Shown here in pieces: positions 43,526 through 54,603 of a stretch of 64,000 nt of DNA. A program made the translations under genes and the position numbers. Within the stretch, counting starts at the first letter, position 1, and each line of letters begins with the position of its first letter. Location of the stretch: IMG/VR virus record IMGVR_UViG_3300032132_000750; one strand, written 5' to 3'. The DNA comes from an uncultured virus (IMG/VR IMGVR_UViG_3300032132_000750) (taxonomy: Duplodnaviria; Heunggongvirae; Uroviricota; Caudoviricetes). The notes beneath the pieces were generated by a model, which saw nothing but the letters and a program-made list of their open reading frames with translations, searched no databases and was not told where the DNA came from.

Positions 43526-44044
43526 ATGTCAGAATTCGTCTGTTGCGGCCTTCCGTTTATTATTTTTGTCCTGTTTTTGGTAATTACCGACCTTAAAAGT
43601 CGGTATGACGAACCTAAGTGGCAAAGACGAACGGATTGGAATACCAATTCTTATCAATCCTATCAATCTTACTACCCCCGTAAGCCTGCTATGTATAATG
43701 ACAGTGGTCGTAAAAAAGAAGACTGCCCTAAGTGTGAAATACCTGCGAAATACAGGCTCTCACTGCACGGCATGAACGAAGAGTATTTGTTTGTTTGTAA
43801 GAAATGCAAACTCCACTTTAAATGGATCTATTGGGATCGGATAGGTGACACTAGACGAAATCTGGCGATAGATGCTATGTGTCCTGTTTGCAAACAAGAT
43901 CATGAGCCCGCAATAGTAGGGACACCTACTACTTATATGATTCCTTGCGAAGATTGTTGGGATAAACAACAAGATAAAAAAGAGGATAAAAAACCTCCGA
44001 AGAAAGGCTCAGGCTCTCGGCGTTCCTTGCCTTGGGTTTCCTAA
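43526..44044 (+). CDS. TM-anchored multi-CxxC protein, IPCxxCW family
   Basis: N-terminal TM; CPKC..CKKC..CPVC..H..IPCEDCW. Confidence 0.7.
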   Translation: MSEFVCCGLPFIIFVLFLVITDLKSRYDEPKWQRRTDWNTNSYQSYQSYYPRKPAMYNDSGRKKEDCPKCEIPAKYRLSLHGMNEEYLFVCKKCKLHFKWIYWDRIGDTRRNLAIDAMCPVCKQDHEPAIVGTPTTYMIPCEDCWDKQQDKKEDKKPPKKGSGSRRSLPWVS

Positions 44045-44060
44045 AGAGTAGACTGTTACT

Positions 44061-45293
44061 ATGAGCGAAATAGATCACAGAAAACTTGGACAGGAATTAG
44101 ACCTGTTTTACTTCGATGAACTAGCTCCGGCTAGTCCATTCTTTATGCCTAAAGGTGCTTTCGTCTATAACGGATTGATTGAATTCATTCGTAAAATCTA
44201 TCGCAGGCGTGACTATCAAGAGGTCATTACACCCCAGGTATTAAGTAATGATCTTTGGAAAACCAGCGGTCACTACGAAAATTACAAAGATAACATGTTC
44301 TTTGCTAGTGGCGGTAAGGGCGAAGAACAAGCTTACGGCGTTAAGCCGATGAACTGTCCTTGCCATATGCTGATGTTCAAGCATCGCAAGTGGTCTTATA
44401 GAGATTTGCCTTTACGATATGCAGATTTTGGGAGACTTCATCGTTTTGAGTTGTCAGGAAGTATTTCTGGACTAACCCGAGTTCGTAGCTTCTGTCAAGA
44501 TGACTCTCACATCTTCTTAGCCACAGATCAAATTGAAGATGAAATAGTAACCCAGCTTAATACTTTCCTGGCTTGCTACAAACTCTTTGGCTTTGAAAAA
44601 GTTAAAATTTATCTCTCCACTCGTCCGAAAAAAGCGATGGGAGACATTGCTGTTTGGGATAAAGCCGAGCAGGCTTTGCGTAGCGCACTAACTGGCTTTG
44701 ATTTTGAAGTCAAAGAAGGCGACGGTGCTTTCTACGGCCCTAAGATTGATCTAGAAGTTGCAGACGCATTAGGTCGTGACTGGCAACTCGGAACAGTGCA
44801 GTTAGACTTTATGTTGCCCGAACGCTTTGATCTAGGATTTACTAACGCTGATGGAGAAAAAGAACGCCCAGTTGTCGTTCACCGAGCTATTCTTGGTTCT
44901 ATCGAACGATTCATGGCTATTTACCTAGAGCACACTAACGGTGCTTTGCCTTTTTGGTTATCTCCTGAACAGGTCGTTATTTTGCCTATCGGAGAAGGGC
45001 ATCAAGATTATGCGTATATGGTTGCAGCGCAGCTTCGCAGCCAGGGCTATCGAGTTCGTGTCGATGATCGTAACGAATCTTTAGGGTATCGTGTAAGGGA
45101 TTGGCAAAAAAATAAAATTCCCTACAATATTACTTTGGGTAGCAAAGAAACAGAAAATCACACATTGGCTCTGCGTGCATTGGGTAGCAAAGAAACGACT
45201 GTCATTAACTTAAAAACTTTGAATTACGCCTTAGAAAAAGTTATTGGATCGTCGATTGATGAACAGATCGAAGAGTTGTTATGTGTACAATAG
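44061..45293 (+). CDS. thrS: Threonyl-tRNA synthetase, short form lacking N-terminal TGS/editing domains
   Basis: DHRKLG, LWKTSGH, KPMNCP, GLTRVR, GAFYGPKID, VHRAILGSIERF and anticodon-binding domain; starts at DHRKLG. Confidence 0.97.
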   Translation: MSEIDHRKLGQELDLFYFDELAPASPFFMPKGAFVYNGLIEFIRKIYRRRDYQEVITPQVLSNDLWKTSGHYENYKDNMFFASGGKGEEQAYGVKPMNCPCHMLMFKHRKWSYRDLPLRYADFGRLHRFELSGSISGLTRVRSFCQDDSHIFLATDQIEDEIVTQLNTFLACYKLFGFEKVKIYLSTRPKKAMGDIAVWDKAEQALRSALTGFDFEVKEGDGAFYGPKIDLEVADALGRDWQLGTVQLDFMLPERFDLGFTNADGEKERPVVVHRAILGSIERFMAIYLEHTNGALPFWLSPEQVVILPIGEGHQDYAYMVAAQLRSQGYRVRVDDRNESLGYRVRDWQKNKIPYNITLGSKETENHTLALRALGSKETTVINLKTLNYALEKVIGSSIDEQIEELLCVQ

Positions 45294-46078
45294 TTTTAAT
45301 TAGAAACAGTATTGAAGGCTATCCGGTAGCTATTGCTGCTAACCGAGATGAGTATATTGATCGTCCCAGCGAGGATGTAAAAGAACGTGATGGTGGTATT
45401 TTAGCCCCCAAAGACTCTAAGCGCGGCGGAACTTGGATTGGTGTCAACCAATACGGGGTTTTTGCTGGCCTAACCAACCGCAATGGGGTAATAGGCAAGC
45501 CCGGTAAAATCAGTCGCGGGGACTTGCCTAATCTTGCGTTGCAGCACAAAACTGCGAAAGAAGCCTTCGTTGCAATCCGTGACACTTACCCCACAGGAAA
45601 AGATTTTAACGGGTTCTATCTTGTTATAGCTGACAAGGATAGTGCCTATCTGTTTGGTGGGGATGGGCTGCACTTAACTCATCGTGAAGTTACCGAGAAC
45701 GTTCTAGCAGTAACTAACCGAGGTGTTGGAACTGTTGGTGACGTAGGAAAGCCGGAAACAACCCGGAGAATCAGTCATCTCATTACCGCGTGGCAAGGTG
45801 CTCAGTATTCTCTGAGCGGCCAATACCAAGTTCCGGCTGATCGTAAAGAAGACGAGGTAATCACTGTTCTTAAGAACCTGCTTCACATTCATGATGAAGA
45901 TCGTCATGGCACTTGTGTTAATGAGCCCGAGAACAACTACGGAACCAAAAGTTCCTCTATCATCCTCTTAAATGAGAAGAAAGAGGAATGGATGTATGCC
46001 CATCGTGAGCGCCAAGGTAATAAGCATATCTGTGATTATGACTTTGTGTATCACTACTGGAGCTTAGGCGATTGCTGA
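45281..46078 (+). CDS. NRDE / TANGO2 family protein
   Basis: N-terminal MC, AANRDE, GGTWIGVN, SRG, YGTKSS. Confidence 0.92.
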   Translation: MCTIVLIRNSIEGYPVAIAANRDEYIDRPSEDVKERDGGILAPKDSKRGGTWIGVNQYGVFAGLTNRNGVIGKPGKISRGDLPNLALQHKTAKEAFVAIRDTYPTGKDFNGFYLVIADKDSAYLFGGDGLHLTHREVTENVLAVTNRGVGTVGDVGKPETTRRISHLITAWQGAQYSLSGQYQVPADRKEDEVITVLKNLLHIHDEDRHGTCVNEPENNYGTKSSSIILLNEKKEEWMYAHRERQGNKHICDYDFVYHYWSLGDC

Positions 46079-46104
46079 ACTCCGTAAGAAAGTTGCGGTC
46101 GCAA

Positions 46105-47010
46105 CTATGGAAAGTGATTAGCAAGGGGATGAGCATTTAAAAGAGGTTCATAGCTGAGACCTAAACCGCCCCTCCGAGTTGGGCGGCAATCCCCATAACC
46201 CCACTCATTCCATGTTCCTGGTATTGAGTTTAATAGGGTGGCTGGCAACATGGAAAAGGCTCGAAGAGGTTTAGGCCCACCAATATTCCATCCAAGCTCA
46301 ACATTCAGAGTAATCTCGTCATCAACTGCTACGACTCTTCTTATAGATATAAATAGTTTTAATTCAGTGGAACGCGCATCCCAGCCGGAACTAGATCGAT
46401 CCCAGTCAAGCACTCGATCTAAATCGTTTATAGCGGCTGCATCAGTAAATTCATCTATATAGCCAGCTTGGTTGTAGGCAAACCCTAGTTGGATCCCTCT
46501 TGTTACTTCATTATGGTGTATCCAAAGAGGGGCTAAATCTAGCCCCTCTTGATATAAATAGGCGTCAATGAATTGCTGCAAGGAACGAGCGCTCGGTTCG
46601 GGGGTTGTTTGGTTGTAATAGATCCTATCTGGCAGAAAGAGGTTTTCCAGTTCGTCTAAGCGATCATCGAGAATCTCTTTTTCTACATCGAGTTCATTTT
46701 GAGCGATAATTTCGTCATTATGTGTTTCTTCATCTATCTGATGATAGTGCCATACGAACGTAGGCTCCAGTAGCGTTCTCATTAGATTTGTCCAGGTGCT
46801 CATAGCTATTTTGACTGCGTCTCCGATATACTTACCCGTAGTGGTATCATAAGTACTACGGCCTGTTATGTATCCGCAAGGCATCATCTGGACAACATCT
46901 TCTTCTGAGGGGATTAATCGCATTGATCCCCAGAGATGCTGTAATCTTAATCTAGCTTCCGGGTCACCTGCTGCGGCCAATCTTTCTAGTTGTCGTAGAC
47001 GTGCATCCAT
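46105..47010 (-). CDS. MDxxLRxLER-module protein
   Basis: MDARLRQLERLAAAGDPEARLRL; TATAAT 6 nt before ATG 47010. Confidence 0.75.
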   Translation of the reverse strand: MDARLRQLERLAAAGDPEARLRLQHLWGSMRLIPSEEDVVQMMPCGYITGRSTYDTTTGKYIGDAVKIAMSTWTNLMRTLLEPTFVWHYHQIDEETHNDEIIAQNELDVEKEILDDRLDELENLFLPDRIYYNQTTPEPSARSLQQFIDAYLYQEGLDLAPLWIHHNEVTRGIQLGFAYNQAGYIDEFTDAAAINDLDRVLDWDRSSSGWDARSTELKLFISIRRVVAVDDEITLNVELGWNIGGPKPLRAFSMLPATLLNSIPGTWNEWGYGDCRPTRRGGLGLSYEPLLNAHPLANHFP

Positions 47011-47105
47011 ACATTGATTATAGCAATCTATCTCTATTGCACACAATATCATTGGTTATTTCATAGATGGCAAATATTAGTGTATAATTGTCAATAGAGG
47101 ACTAT

Positions 47106-47336
47106 ATGAGCTATTTAGCTAAATTTGCTGCCATTCCAGTATTATTACTTACCATGAATGGATGCGCTTTCTTTAAAACAACCGCCGAAAAGGAAGAATA
47201 CAAATACGTTGTCAAAAAGACGAAGCTCGAACGAAAGATCGAGCTTCTTCGCTTAGAGCGAAGAAAATTGATGTTGGAACAGAGTTTGGATCGGATGGAT
47301 TCCACAGATCCTACTCTAGAAGACAAGCAATCATAG
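47106..47336 (+). CDS. Small lipoprotein with coiled coil
   Basis: Signal ending LTMNGC; GAGGA RBS. Confidence 0.6.
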   Translation: MSYLAKFAAIPVLLLTMNGCAFFKTTAEKEEYKYVVKKTKLERKIELLRLERRKLMLEQSLDRMDSTDPTLEDKQS

Positions 47337-47484
47337 TCTTGGCATAATGAGAAATCGAAATCCCCTATAGACATAGTATGTCTTCACCACATTAAAAAAA
47401 TCGCCGAGAGTTGCCGAAACCAGGCCGTCTGATATAGTCTGTTTAGCAGAACCCCTTTTTTAGTTTGAGAAAGTCAGTGACTTA

Positions 47485-48846
47485 ATGGCTTCCATCGATG
47501 CCGTCCACCAATTTCTTCGCCAGCACAATATTATTGACGATCACGTCCCTGAACTAGAATTTCAGCCGGAAGAGCGTGGTTTGTGGTGGAAGAAGCTTCG
47601 TGCTCATGTAGGAAGAAATATACCTACCTATATTGGAGGTAGTGCTCTCCTTATTGGTGGAATTGCTTTCTATCATCCCCATACGGTAGAATTGATTGCC
47701 AAAACGTCGATCATCGGTGGTGCAGTCATTACTGTAGGTAGTAAGTTTCCTATCCTTGATAGGTTTTTGCTGGCCAACCCCAAATACTGGGCTCCCCGCC
47801 AATTTAGAAAAATTGACGCATCGTGGGTTGAAACCTACGAAAGCATCGAAATTACTAATCGGCGACAACTTGAAAACTATGTCTACAGTGCTCGTATTGC
47901 TCATACTCTTAAAGACGAATTTCCAGATAAATCAGATCAGTTGAAGCTTGGAATAATGATCGGAAAAGTGGCTGATATTCTTCATGATATCGCTTCTGCG
48001 GAAAAAAGAGTTCGCGGCTTTCGTGAAATAGACCTGATTCGAATGCTTCGAAGCGAAAAGCTTCCTGTTGAAGAGGAAACTAATATTATTACTGCCTTCA
48101 ACGAAAAGAAAGTCAGTCATCGTAAAGCTTGGAAATACGTCAAGATATTACGAGAACGTCGAGGGAAAAATATAGTTGCCTGGATTCCCGGTGAATACGT
48201 AGATGCTATTAAAATTCTAGACAAGTATCTAGATGCGTTTGTTTTTAAGCTTGCTGTACAGGGTGATCATCACCTTCTTTCCGTAGGTTCACAAATGAGT
48301 CGAGGAATTCTTCGTATTCGAGGGCGTATCGGTAAAGATACCGGAGCATATCTAGGTATGCACTCCAAAGATAAAGATTGCCCGGTGATTCATGCCGACT
48401 CTGATGTTGGGGCCAGTTTCATGACTAGGGCTCGTCGTGGCATCGGTTTTATCAAAGGTGACGCAGCACACGAATTAATGCACAAGGCTACAGGTGGGGT
48501 TGTTATTGTCAGGGGAGTAATAGATCACGACCTAGCCCGAGGCATGGACGATGAAACCTGGCCTGCTATAGTAGTTTCTTATGGCGGAGTTCGCCTCCAG
48601 TCGCGTGATGGAACTGTCGAAAACGGCCTTATCATTTCCTACAACAATGATATTGACTTTAAGGGCATTCCACCGCAAGTATGGCGCTTCCGAGACGGCA
48701 AACGAGAAGAAATTTTACTAAAACCTGCAAATCGAGCAGAATTTGCCGAGCAGGTTAATGGGCATATCAATGACTATCTTGGTGATTGGTTGCGTCGAAG
48801 AAGGTATACTGAGTGGCTAAATTTGGAGAATGGGGAAACTATCTAG
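47485..48846 (+). CDS. Membrane-anchored protein with GltB/FwdC-like (GXGXG) beta-helix domain
   Basis: Two N-terminal hydrophobic segments; repeated G..M.xG.i.i.G units (VGSQMSRGILRIRG, HKATGGVVIVRG). Confidence 0.55.
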   Translation: MASIDAVHQFLRQHNIIDDHVPELEFQPEERGLWWKKLRAHVGRNIPTYIGGSALLIGGIAFYHPHTVELIAKTSIIGGAVITVGSKFPILDRFLLANPKYWAPRQFRKIDASWVETYESIEITNRRQLENYVYSARIAHTLKDEFPDKSDQLKLGIMIGKVADILHDIASAEKRVRGFREIDLIRMLRSEKLPVEEETNIITAFNEKKVSHRKAWKYVKILRERRGKNIVAWIPGEYVDAIKILDKYLDAFVFKLAVQGDHHLLSVGSQMSRGILRIRGRIGKDTGAYLGMHSKDKDCPVIHADSDVGASFMTRARRGIGFIKGDAAHELMHKATGGVVIVRGVIDHDLARGMDDETWPAIVVSYGGVRLQSRDGTVENGLIISYNNDIDFKGIPPQVWRFRDGKREEILLKPANRAEFAEQVNGHINDYLGDWLRRRRYTEWLNLENGETI

Positions 48847-50184
48847 CAATAAAGCTTACTAGCGGGCATACGTTGTCAATGACAGCGAACCCGAGGGCGG
48901 AAGCAATAATTACATCTCACATTGAGAGGTGTAAGAAAGAAAAAGTTCTCTGTAGTTTTATTAACCTCGAAGGCGTTACCCATGCAGCAATAAGAGGGCG
49001 GTTTATAGATTCCTATCGCTTTGAAGACCGTAATGTAGTAGGTTACGGACCCAGCTTAAAAAGTGGAGATATAGAGCCGATAGATCATATACTTAACGCT
49101 CATGTTTTCCGCAAAGACACAAGCTGGGGTATTCTAGAAAAGCCACCAGCAAAACTCGAAGAAGTCGCTTCAAACCTTTTATCACAGATTGTGCTTCCAG
49201 AACGTGAATCCAAACCTTTTGAAACAGACGAGATAATCGCCTACTCAATCTATGTGACAACTACTTGCTGGTGTAAGACGCAGCGATTGGTAACCCAAGG
49301 ATGTCCTTCAACCGGAGGTTTACGCTGCCCCTCAAAAGGAAGTCTAGTAGATGGCTGGATCGCTACTGTTTGATAAAATCAGATATGTCGAAATTTGATC
49401 CGCTCAATGAAGCGGCTGCAGTGATCGGTCTTTTAGTAGAAATACAAAAAGAGCTTAGCAGTAATACTCTGAACCCAGAAGTAACAGCTAAAAGAGCGAT
49501 TGGCATACTTTCTCCCGAAATAGTTGCCATTCTGATTGCGGCCAAAGACAGCCAGGCAATCATCGATCAATATCACCCTCTTTTTACGCTAGCCCTAGAC
49601 GAAAAGAGTATGGCCTACTTTCAGCACCCTAATGTAGTGGCTTGGCTAGACCTTATCCTGGAAAACATAAAGAGTTTAAATAATGAAACATAAAGCTTGT
49701 CCTACCTGCGAACGTGAATTTACTAGTATTAAAGATTATCCTGTTGTTCAAGTTCATCGCATAGAAACCGAAATTAGTAGTCACAGTGGTTGGGTTGACC
49801 CTGAACGTGCCAAAGAAGAGAGAAAAGAAAAGAAATCTCTCCTTCTCAAGGTTACTGAGCTAGATAAGGTAAAAACATATCTAGAAAGGCTTAAAGGTCT
49901 TGCTAATATGTCCGGTGCATCTAGAGTTGCTCCCTCAGAGCTTAAACCTATCCTCATCCCCGATGGCTACTTCAAATATTCTTATGGGATAGCAACAAAA
50001 CAGAAATTATTGGGGCCGAACGCATATGGTGAGTTATATCTTTCTTTAGTAGATGATAAAGAAACTGAGGGTGTTTGTAGTGTTCAGGTCTGGGAAACAG
50101 GACCTAATTTTGGCTCTGCTGGAGGGCCTTCGCTTTCTTTAGTTGGGACAATTGCGACCATACATTACGTAGGTCAATATCGAG

Positions 50185-50832
50185 TTAGGGGATTCTAGGA
50201 TCTAGTAGATGAGATACTATACATTTAAAAGTATTCATAGCCTCTACAGCACTAGTGGTACTCATTCTTTCGCACACATTCTCTAGATCGAGAGTCGCCT
50301 CTACGTGATATTGTTGTGCATTGGTTTCAAACCCTCTGTTTTGTAGCACTGTAATATAGTTACTTTGAGTACCCCAGCCAGTAGAGCCCAGTTCATTATC
50401 TACGTGTATTGTGTGATCGTTTACGTGGTAAGAATAGACAATATCTCTTGCTACATCTCGAATATTAATAGCGAAGAAAGAATTTCTAGCTGCGGCTTGG
50501 TCTTCCGATAAACTAAGGGGCCACAAAATCCCCATATCATGCTCAAGATCAAAAATAGCAACACAGTCTTTATCTATTTTTGATCTGAAATTGATTTGGG
50601 CCATACCAGAATCACCACCTCCATCGGTTCGAAAACATTTGGGGTCGTCATCAGAGCCGTAGGTCGAAAGAATGCTTAAAAGAAAGTTTCCATACTGACA
50701 AAGAGGCAATACGGAATTAACACTGTAGTCATAAGAGCTAGTTCTGAGCTGCGTAACAGCTATTTGATGTGCTAGCTCATTGGTTCTACTCTGAGCGTAT
50801 TCTCTAAGTAATTGTCGCAATACTCGGTCCAT
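50185..50832 (-). CDS. MDxxLRxLER-module protein
   Basis: MDRVLRQLLREYAQSRTNELAHQIAVTQLRT; TATAAT 6 nt before ATG. Confidence 0.72.
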   Translation of the reverse strand: MDRVLRQLLREYAQSRTNELAHQIAVTQLRTSSYDYSVNSVLPLCQYGNFLLSILSTYGSDDDPKCFRTDGGGDSGMAQINFRSKIDKDCVAIFDLEHDMGILWPLSLSEDQAAARNSFFAINIRDVARDIVYSYHVNDHTIHVDNELGSTGWGTQSNYITVLQNRGFETNAQQYHVEATLDLENVCERMSTTSAVEAMNTFKCIVSHLLDPRIP

Positions 50833-51759
50833 TTCTAGATTATATCATATCAATCAGTAGCTCAATACTGTTAGGCAGACTTGTTGATATTGAGTATGCG
50901 TCTATAATTAGCAAATGAATTACAAGTTAGAACAGACAGAAGACGGACCTCGTTGGATTCAATTAACTTTCAACAAAGAAACAGAGAAAGTAGAACGAGA
51001 ACCTCTTCCTGTCGGAGAATCAATAACATTTGATCCCAAAGACTACTGGAGAGGCACCGAGGTCGCATTCCAAGAGCGTTTTGAGCCTAAACAAGCACTG
51101 AAAGAAGATGGGACCCCCTATACATTCGACGAGTTTATAGCAGAATGCGAAGAAAAGTATAAAGACAGAAAGTTCAAACCCAGTGCTTGGTATAACGTTG
51201 AAGGGGACATCCTTCATGTTTACTGGAAAAACACCCCTTCAGTAGTAACGCATCCTGCCGGGGATGATGGTAAGAAAGTTTGGAATATCGAACTACATAC
51301 AGCGTGGGGAGATCAAGATAATTATGATAGTGATGATTATAATGGTCGAGATGACGTTGTTGGGGTTAACATCTGGGGCCTTAAAAAGATTCTCATGGAA
51401 GCGTTCGCATGAGAGACTTTCTAGGACAAGAACTCTCTCCTGGCGATTATTGCACTTTCCCTGGTGGCGGAAATGGGTCTGGATCATACGGTTTATTACT
51501 TTTTAAGGTAGTAAAGGTTAGTGACACTTCGGTTCAATGTAAACGACTAAGAGTTGATTATCCAGACTTTAAGGTGGAAACCTGTAGAGTGAAATACTCT
51601 AAATCCACCGTAAAAAAGGCAGGCAAGCTTACTAAAGTAATCCCTCCGCCTAATATGATCGAGGTCTTTGAAAATCCCGAAGAACATCGAGTTCTAATCA
51701 GTACGTGGGTTCACGGACAGAAAATCATTGACTGGGATAATTTAACATGGGTAGAATAG

Positions 51760-52128
51760 TTATTTATCTTTACGATCACGCCCGTAGTCAATAAAGATCT
51801 CTTCGCCTCGCCTTATGGGGCGAGTAGCGATATAGTCAAGTAATCGTTTAGGGTCGTGACTATTGATCTTTACGTAAGCGCTTGGGTTTTTGCTGGTGTT
51901 ATACATTGATCCATTACCAAAAACTACTACTAAGTGCTGCGGCTTCAGGTGGGATTCGAATACGTAAAACTGCAGAATGTTTTCATGAGCATAAACAGCC
52001 TTTTCATGCATCTCTACGAAAGGGCATGTTTCCAGCAACTCACCGGCTCTAATATCTTTATTTGCAAAGACGCCATACCCTGCTTCGGGTATTTTACTTT
52101 TTCCAACTCTTACTTTTGAACAATGCAT
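51760..52128 (-). CDS. SET-domain protein (lysine methyltransferase-like)
   Basis: GYGVFA..DI..GE, SMYNTS (NHS variant), ATRPIRRGEEIFIDYG. Confidence 0.92.
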   Translation of the reverse strand: MHCSKVRVGKSKIPEAGYGVFANKDIRAGELLETCPFVEMHEKAVYAHENILQFYVFESHLKPQHLVVVFGNGSMYNTSKNPSAYVKINSHDPKRLLDYIATRPIRRGEEIFIDYGRDRKDK

Positions 52129-52394
52129 AGTTGGATTATATCAAATAATTCCTGATGATCCTGCAATCAAGATACCCGAACTTCCGAAGTAGCCTACTAT
52201 CTCGGTTCCGCCCAAAACCCAATCATAGCTATCTTTAACACCTTTAGGTGATTTCTCCTCTGCGTGTTTTCTATCATAGAATTCACAAGTAAAGTCAGTG
52301 CATAGCACTGTACTGAACAAAATTAACGCATCTGGCGTCCCACACTTAAAGCACTTCATTTCCTTAATATACCAAAAGTTGCTAAAATATAGTT

Positions 52395-52757
52395 ATGTCA
52401 GACTTACGTTATCGCTTAGCACTCCGAACCTGGATGCAAGACCCTTGCGAAGAAAACGCTATTCGTGCTTTTCACGCCGCCATCAGGGCTGGAGCTATTG
52501 ATGTAGGGAGAGAGCCTTCTGGCGATTCTATTTTCGGAGATTGGGCCATTTGTTTTGTTCATAACGGTATCTATGAACGGTTATCACCAGAAGGTAGAAG
52601 ATGGGTGGATAGGCATGATGTAGATATTATGAAGGGCCAAGTGGTAGTTGATATCTACGAAGACGATATTGACGAGAGTGATGAGGCACCAGAAGACGTA
52701 GCAAAAATTCTAAATGCTGCTGGAGAAGAAGGCTATAATTACGTCGCCTTCGAATAA
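52395..52757 (+). CDS. Divergent MDxxLR-module protein
   Basis: MSDLRYRLALRTWMQDPCEENAIRAFHAAIRAG; TAAAAT 6 nt before ATG. Confidence 0.6.
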   Translation: MSDLRYRLALRTWMQDPCEENAIRAFHAAIRAGAIDVGREPSGDSIFGDWAICFVHNGIYERLSPEGRRWVDRHDVDIMKGQVVVDIYEDDIDESDEAPEDVAKILNAAGEEGYNYVAFE

Positions 52758-52763
52758 TAATAC

Positions 52764-54353
52764 TTAGACGAGATAGCCAATCAAATCAACAGTAGCAGTA
52801 ACTGTTGTTCCTGTGTCGGCAGTATCAATTTGGAATGTAATAACTTCTGCGGCAGCGCCTATATGGGATAATCCTGGTGTAATTATAGCAAAGACTTCCG
52901 TTGTGAGATTTAAGCCGGTCAGCGTTGTAGCTGCGATAATGTCATCAAATGTCGAGGCATTGGTCCCTACACTGACGACGGCATCTCCGCCAGGAGCAGT
53001 TGCTGTAGTTAATCGTATCCTAACTTCAGTAATAATAGCGCTTCGACCTGTTGGGACAGTATAGAGAGCGTCTGTGCTAACTGTGTCTAGGTTAACGCCA
53101 GTAGTCGTTGATAATACTGATGGCAACGGCAAACTATTAACCTGAACCGTTCCGGGTGTTCCGGTTGGAGATGCTCCTCCGGTTAGATTAAGAATTCCAC
53201 CAGCGCCTGTTGTAGTAGCATCGCCGCCACTTAGGGTTAAACTGGCACCAGCAGTAGCGGCTGTGGTTGCATCTACGCCTTGTATGGTAACTGTAGTAGC
53301 TTCTGCTCCGGCCTCAATATCTGCGGAAAATCTAGCTGATTGATCTACACCGTCTAAAATTAAAATGGTTTCTTGAATATTGGCTGACCTAACCTGGAAT
53401 TCCATTCTAGCGTGCAATCCAGTATTACTTCCTGCCGTGCCTGATTCCCATGAAGAGACGATGTTGCCTGAAACATATCCATTGGCTGCATTAGTTCCGG
53501 TTTTTTCCAAGCTGAAAGAAAGTGAAGTTCCGTATCCAGCGGTAATTGTAGCCCCAGAACTATGGCGGTTCAGCAAAGCTGCCGCTACTACGTCACTAGT
53601 TCCGGCATCGTGCCGAACGCACTGAATAATACCTGTCTCAAAAAGACGCACACCTGATCCAGTTACTGAAGTCAATGATGGTTCGACAGCCGTTCCTACA
53701 GTGAACATCCCGTTAGTTTGATGCCACTGGGCACGAATTCCGGTAGGAAGCCCTGCTAGCCAAGTTCCTGCGCTAGCATCCCAGGACATTTCGCGAGTTC
53801 CATCACCTGCAACAATATCTCCAGCAGCAGCCGTAGCTGTAGAAGCTGATCCTACTTCAAGACCGCCTACGATTTCAAGAGTTTGATCGACACCTCTAAT
53901 ACGCATCGCCTCAACATTAGTTGTTCCCGCACTTCTTGTCGTAAAACTGATATCGCCGGTTGCAGCACCAGTGCTAGGATCGGACCAAATTCCACTGATA
54001 ATAGCTATGTTGACACTTGTATTGTCGTCGTCATCCCCATCGAAACTGAGTCGTGATCCAAATCCAGCAACAGGAGTAGCTGATGTGCTGTGTCGGGAGT
54101 GAATACCTGCTGTTGCTGTGCTTGTAACAGCATCACTTACTGTTGTTGAAAGAACCCCATTACTTCCGATGAATTCAAAGAGGTTAGATCCATTGCCTGC
54201 TCTAATGGTGCCTTCATTTGTAGTTGCTACAACGTCCCCAACATGCAGAGCTGTTTCGAAGTCAGCAAACCCAGCAATAACTGTATCTGCTGTACTGGCA
54301 AGTTTTTCTTGTCCGGTAACTGTATCTACACCTCTTATCGATAATATGGCCAT
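52764..54353 (-). CDS. Fibre/spike-like structural protein (Thr/Gly/Ala-rich, internal repeats)
   Basis: 529 aa beta-rich; duplicated unit (RHS...AGFGSRLSF / RHS...AGYGTSLSF; GVDQ twice); TATAAT 5 nt before ATG. Confidence 0.65.
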   Translation of the reverse strand: MAILSIRGVDTVTGQEKLASTADTVIAGFADFETALHVGDVVATTNEGTIRAGNGSNLFEFIGSNGVLSTTVSDAVTSTATAGIHSRHSTSATPVAGFGSRLSFDGDDDDNTSVNIAIISGIWSDPSTGAATGDISFTTRSAGTTNVEAMRIRGVDQTLEIVGGLEVGSASTATAAAGDIVAGDGTREMSWDASAGTWLAGLPTGIRAQWHQTNGMFTVGTAVEPSLTSVTGSGVRLFETGIIQCVRHDAGTSDVVAAALLNRHSSGATITAGYGTSLSFSLEKTGTNAANGYVSGNIVSSWESGTAGSNTGLHARMEFQVRSANIQETILILDGVDQSARFSADIEAGAEATTVTIQGVDATTAATAGASLTLSGGDATTTGAGGILNLTGGASPTGTPGTVQVNSLPLPSVLSTTTGVNLDTVSTDALYTVPTGRSAIITEVRIRLTTATAPGGDAVVSVGTNASTFDDIIAATTLTGLNLTTEVFAIITPGLSHIGAAAEVITFQIDTADTGTTVTATVDLIGYLV

Positions 54354-54603
54354 ATCAGATTATAGCATAATCTCATTTGTTATTATGCTAGCCATAGATC
54401 TTGTATACTTGGTTTTCTTCGTTATACTTTTTCTAAAAAGGAGAGGTTATGGGCTTACGAAACAGCAGCAACTGGACTTTAGCGTTTATGTGGTTTGTAG
54501 TTATGCTCATCATCTTAGACGATGATATGCCCAGAGAAGGGGGGCCACAGCCCGCACCGGCTCCGACTACCGCTCCTATTAATTCTAGCATAGAACTTAG
54601 ATA

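Noticed and set aside
47011..47052. ORF-track start at 47052
   Set aside because: The family motif and a -10 box identify ATG 47010 as the likely start
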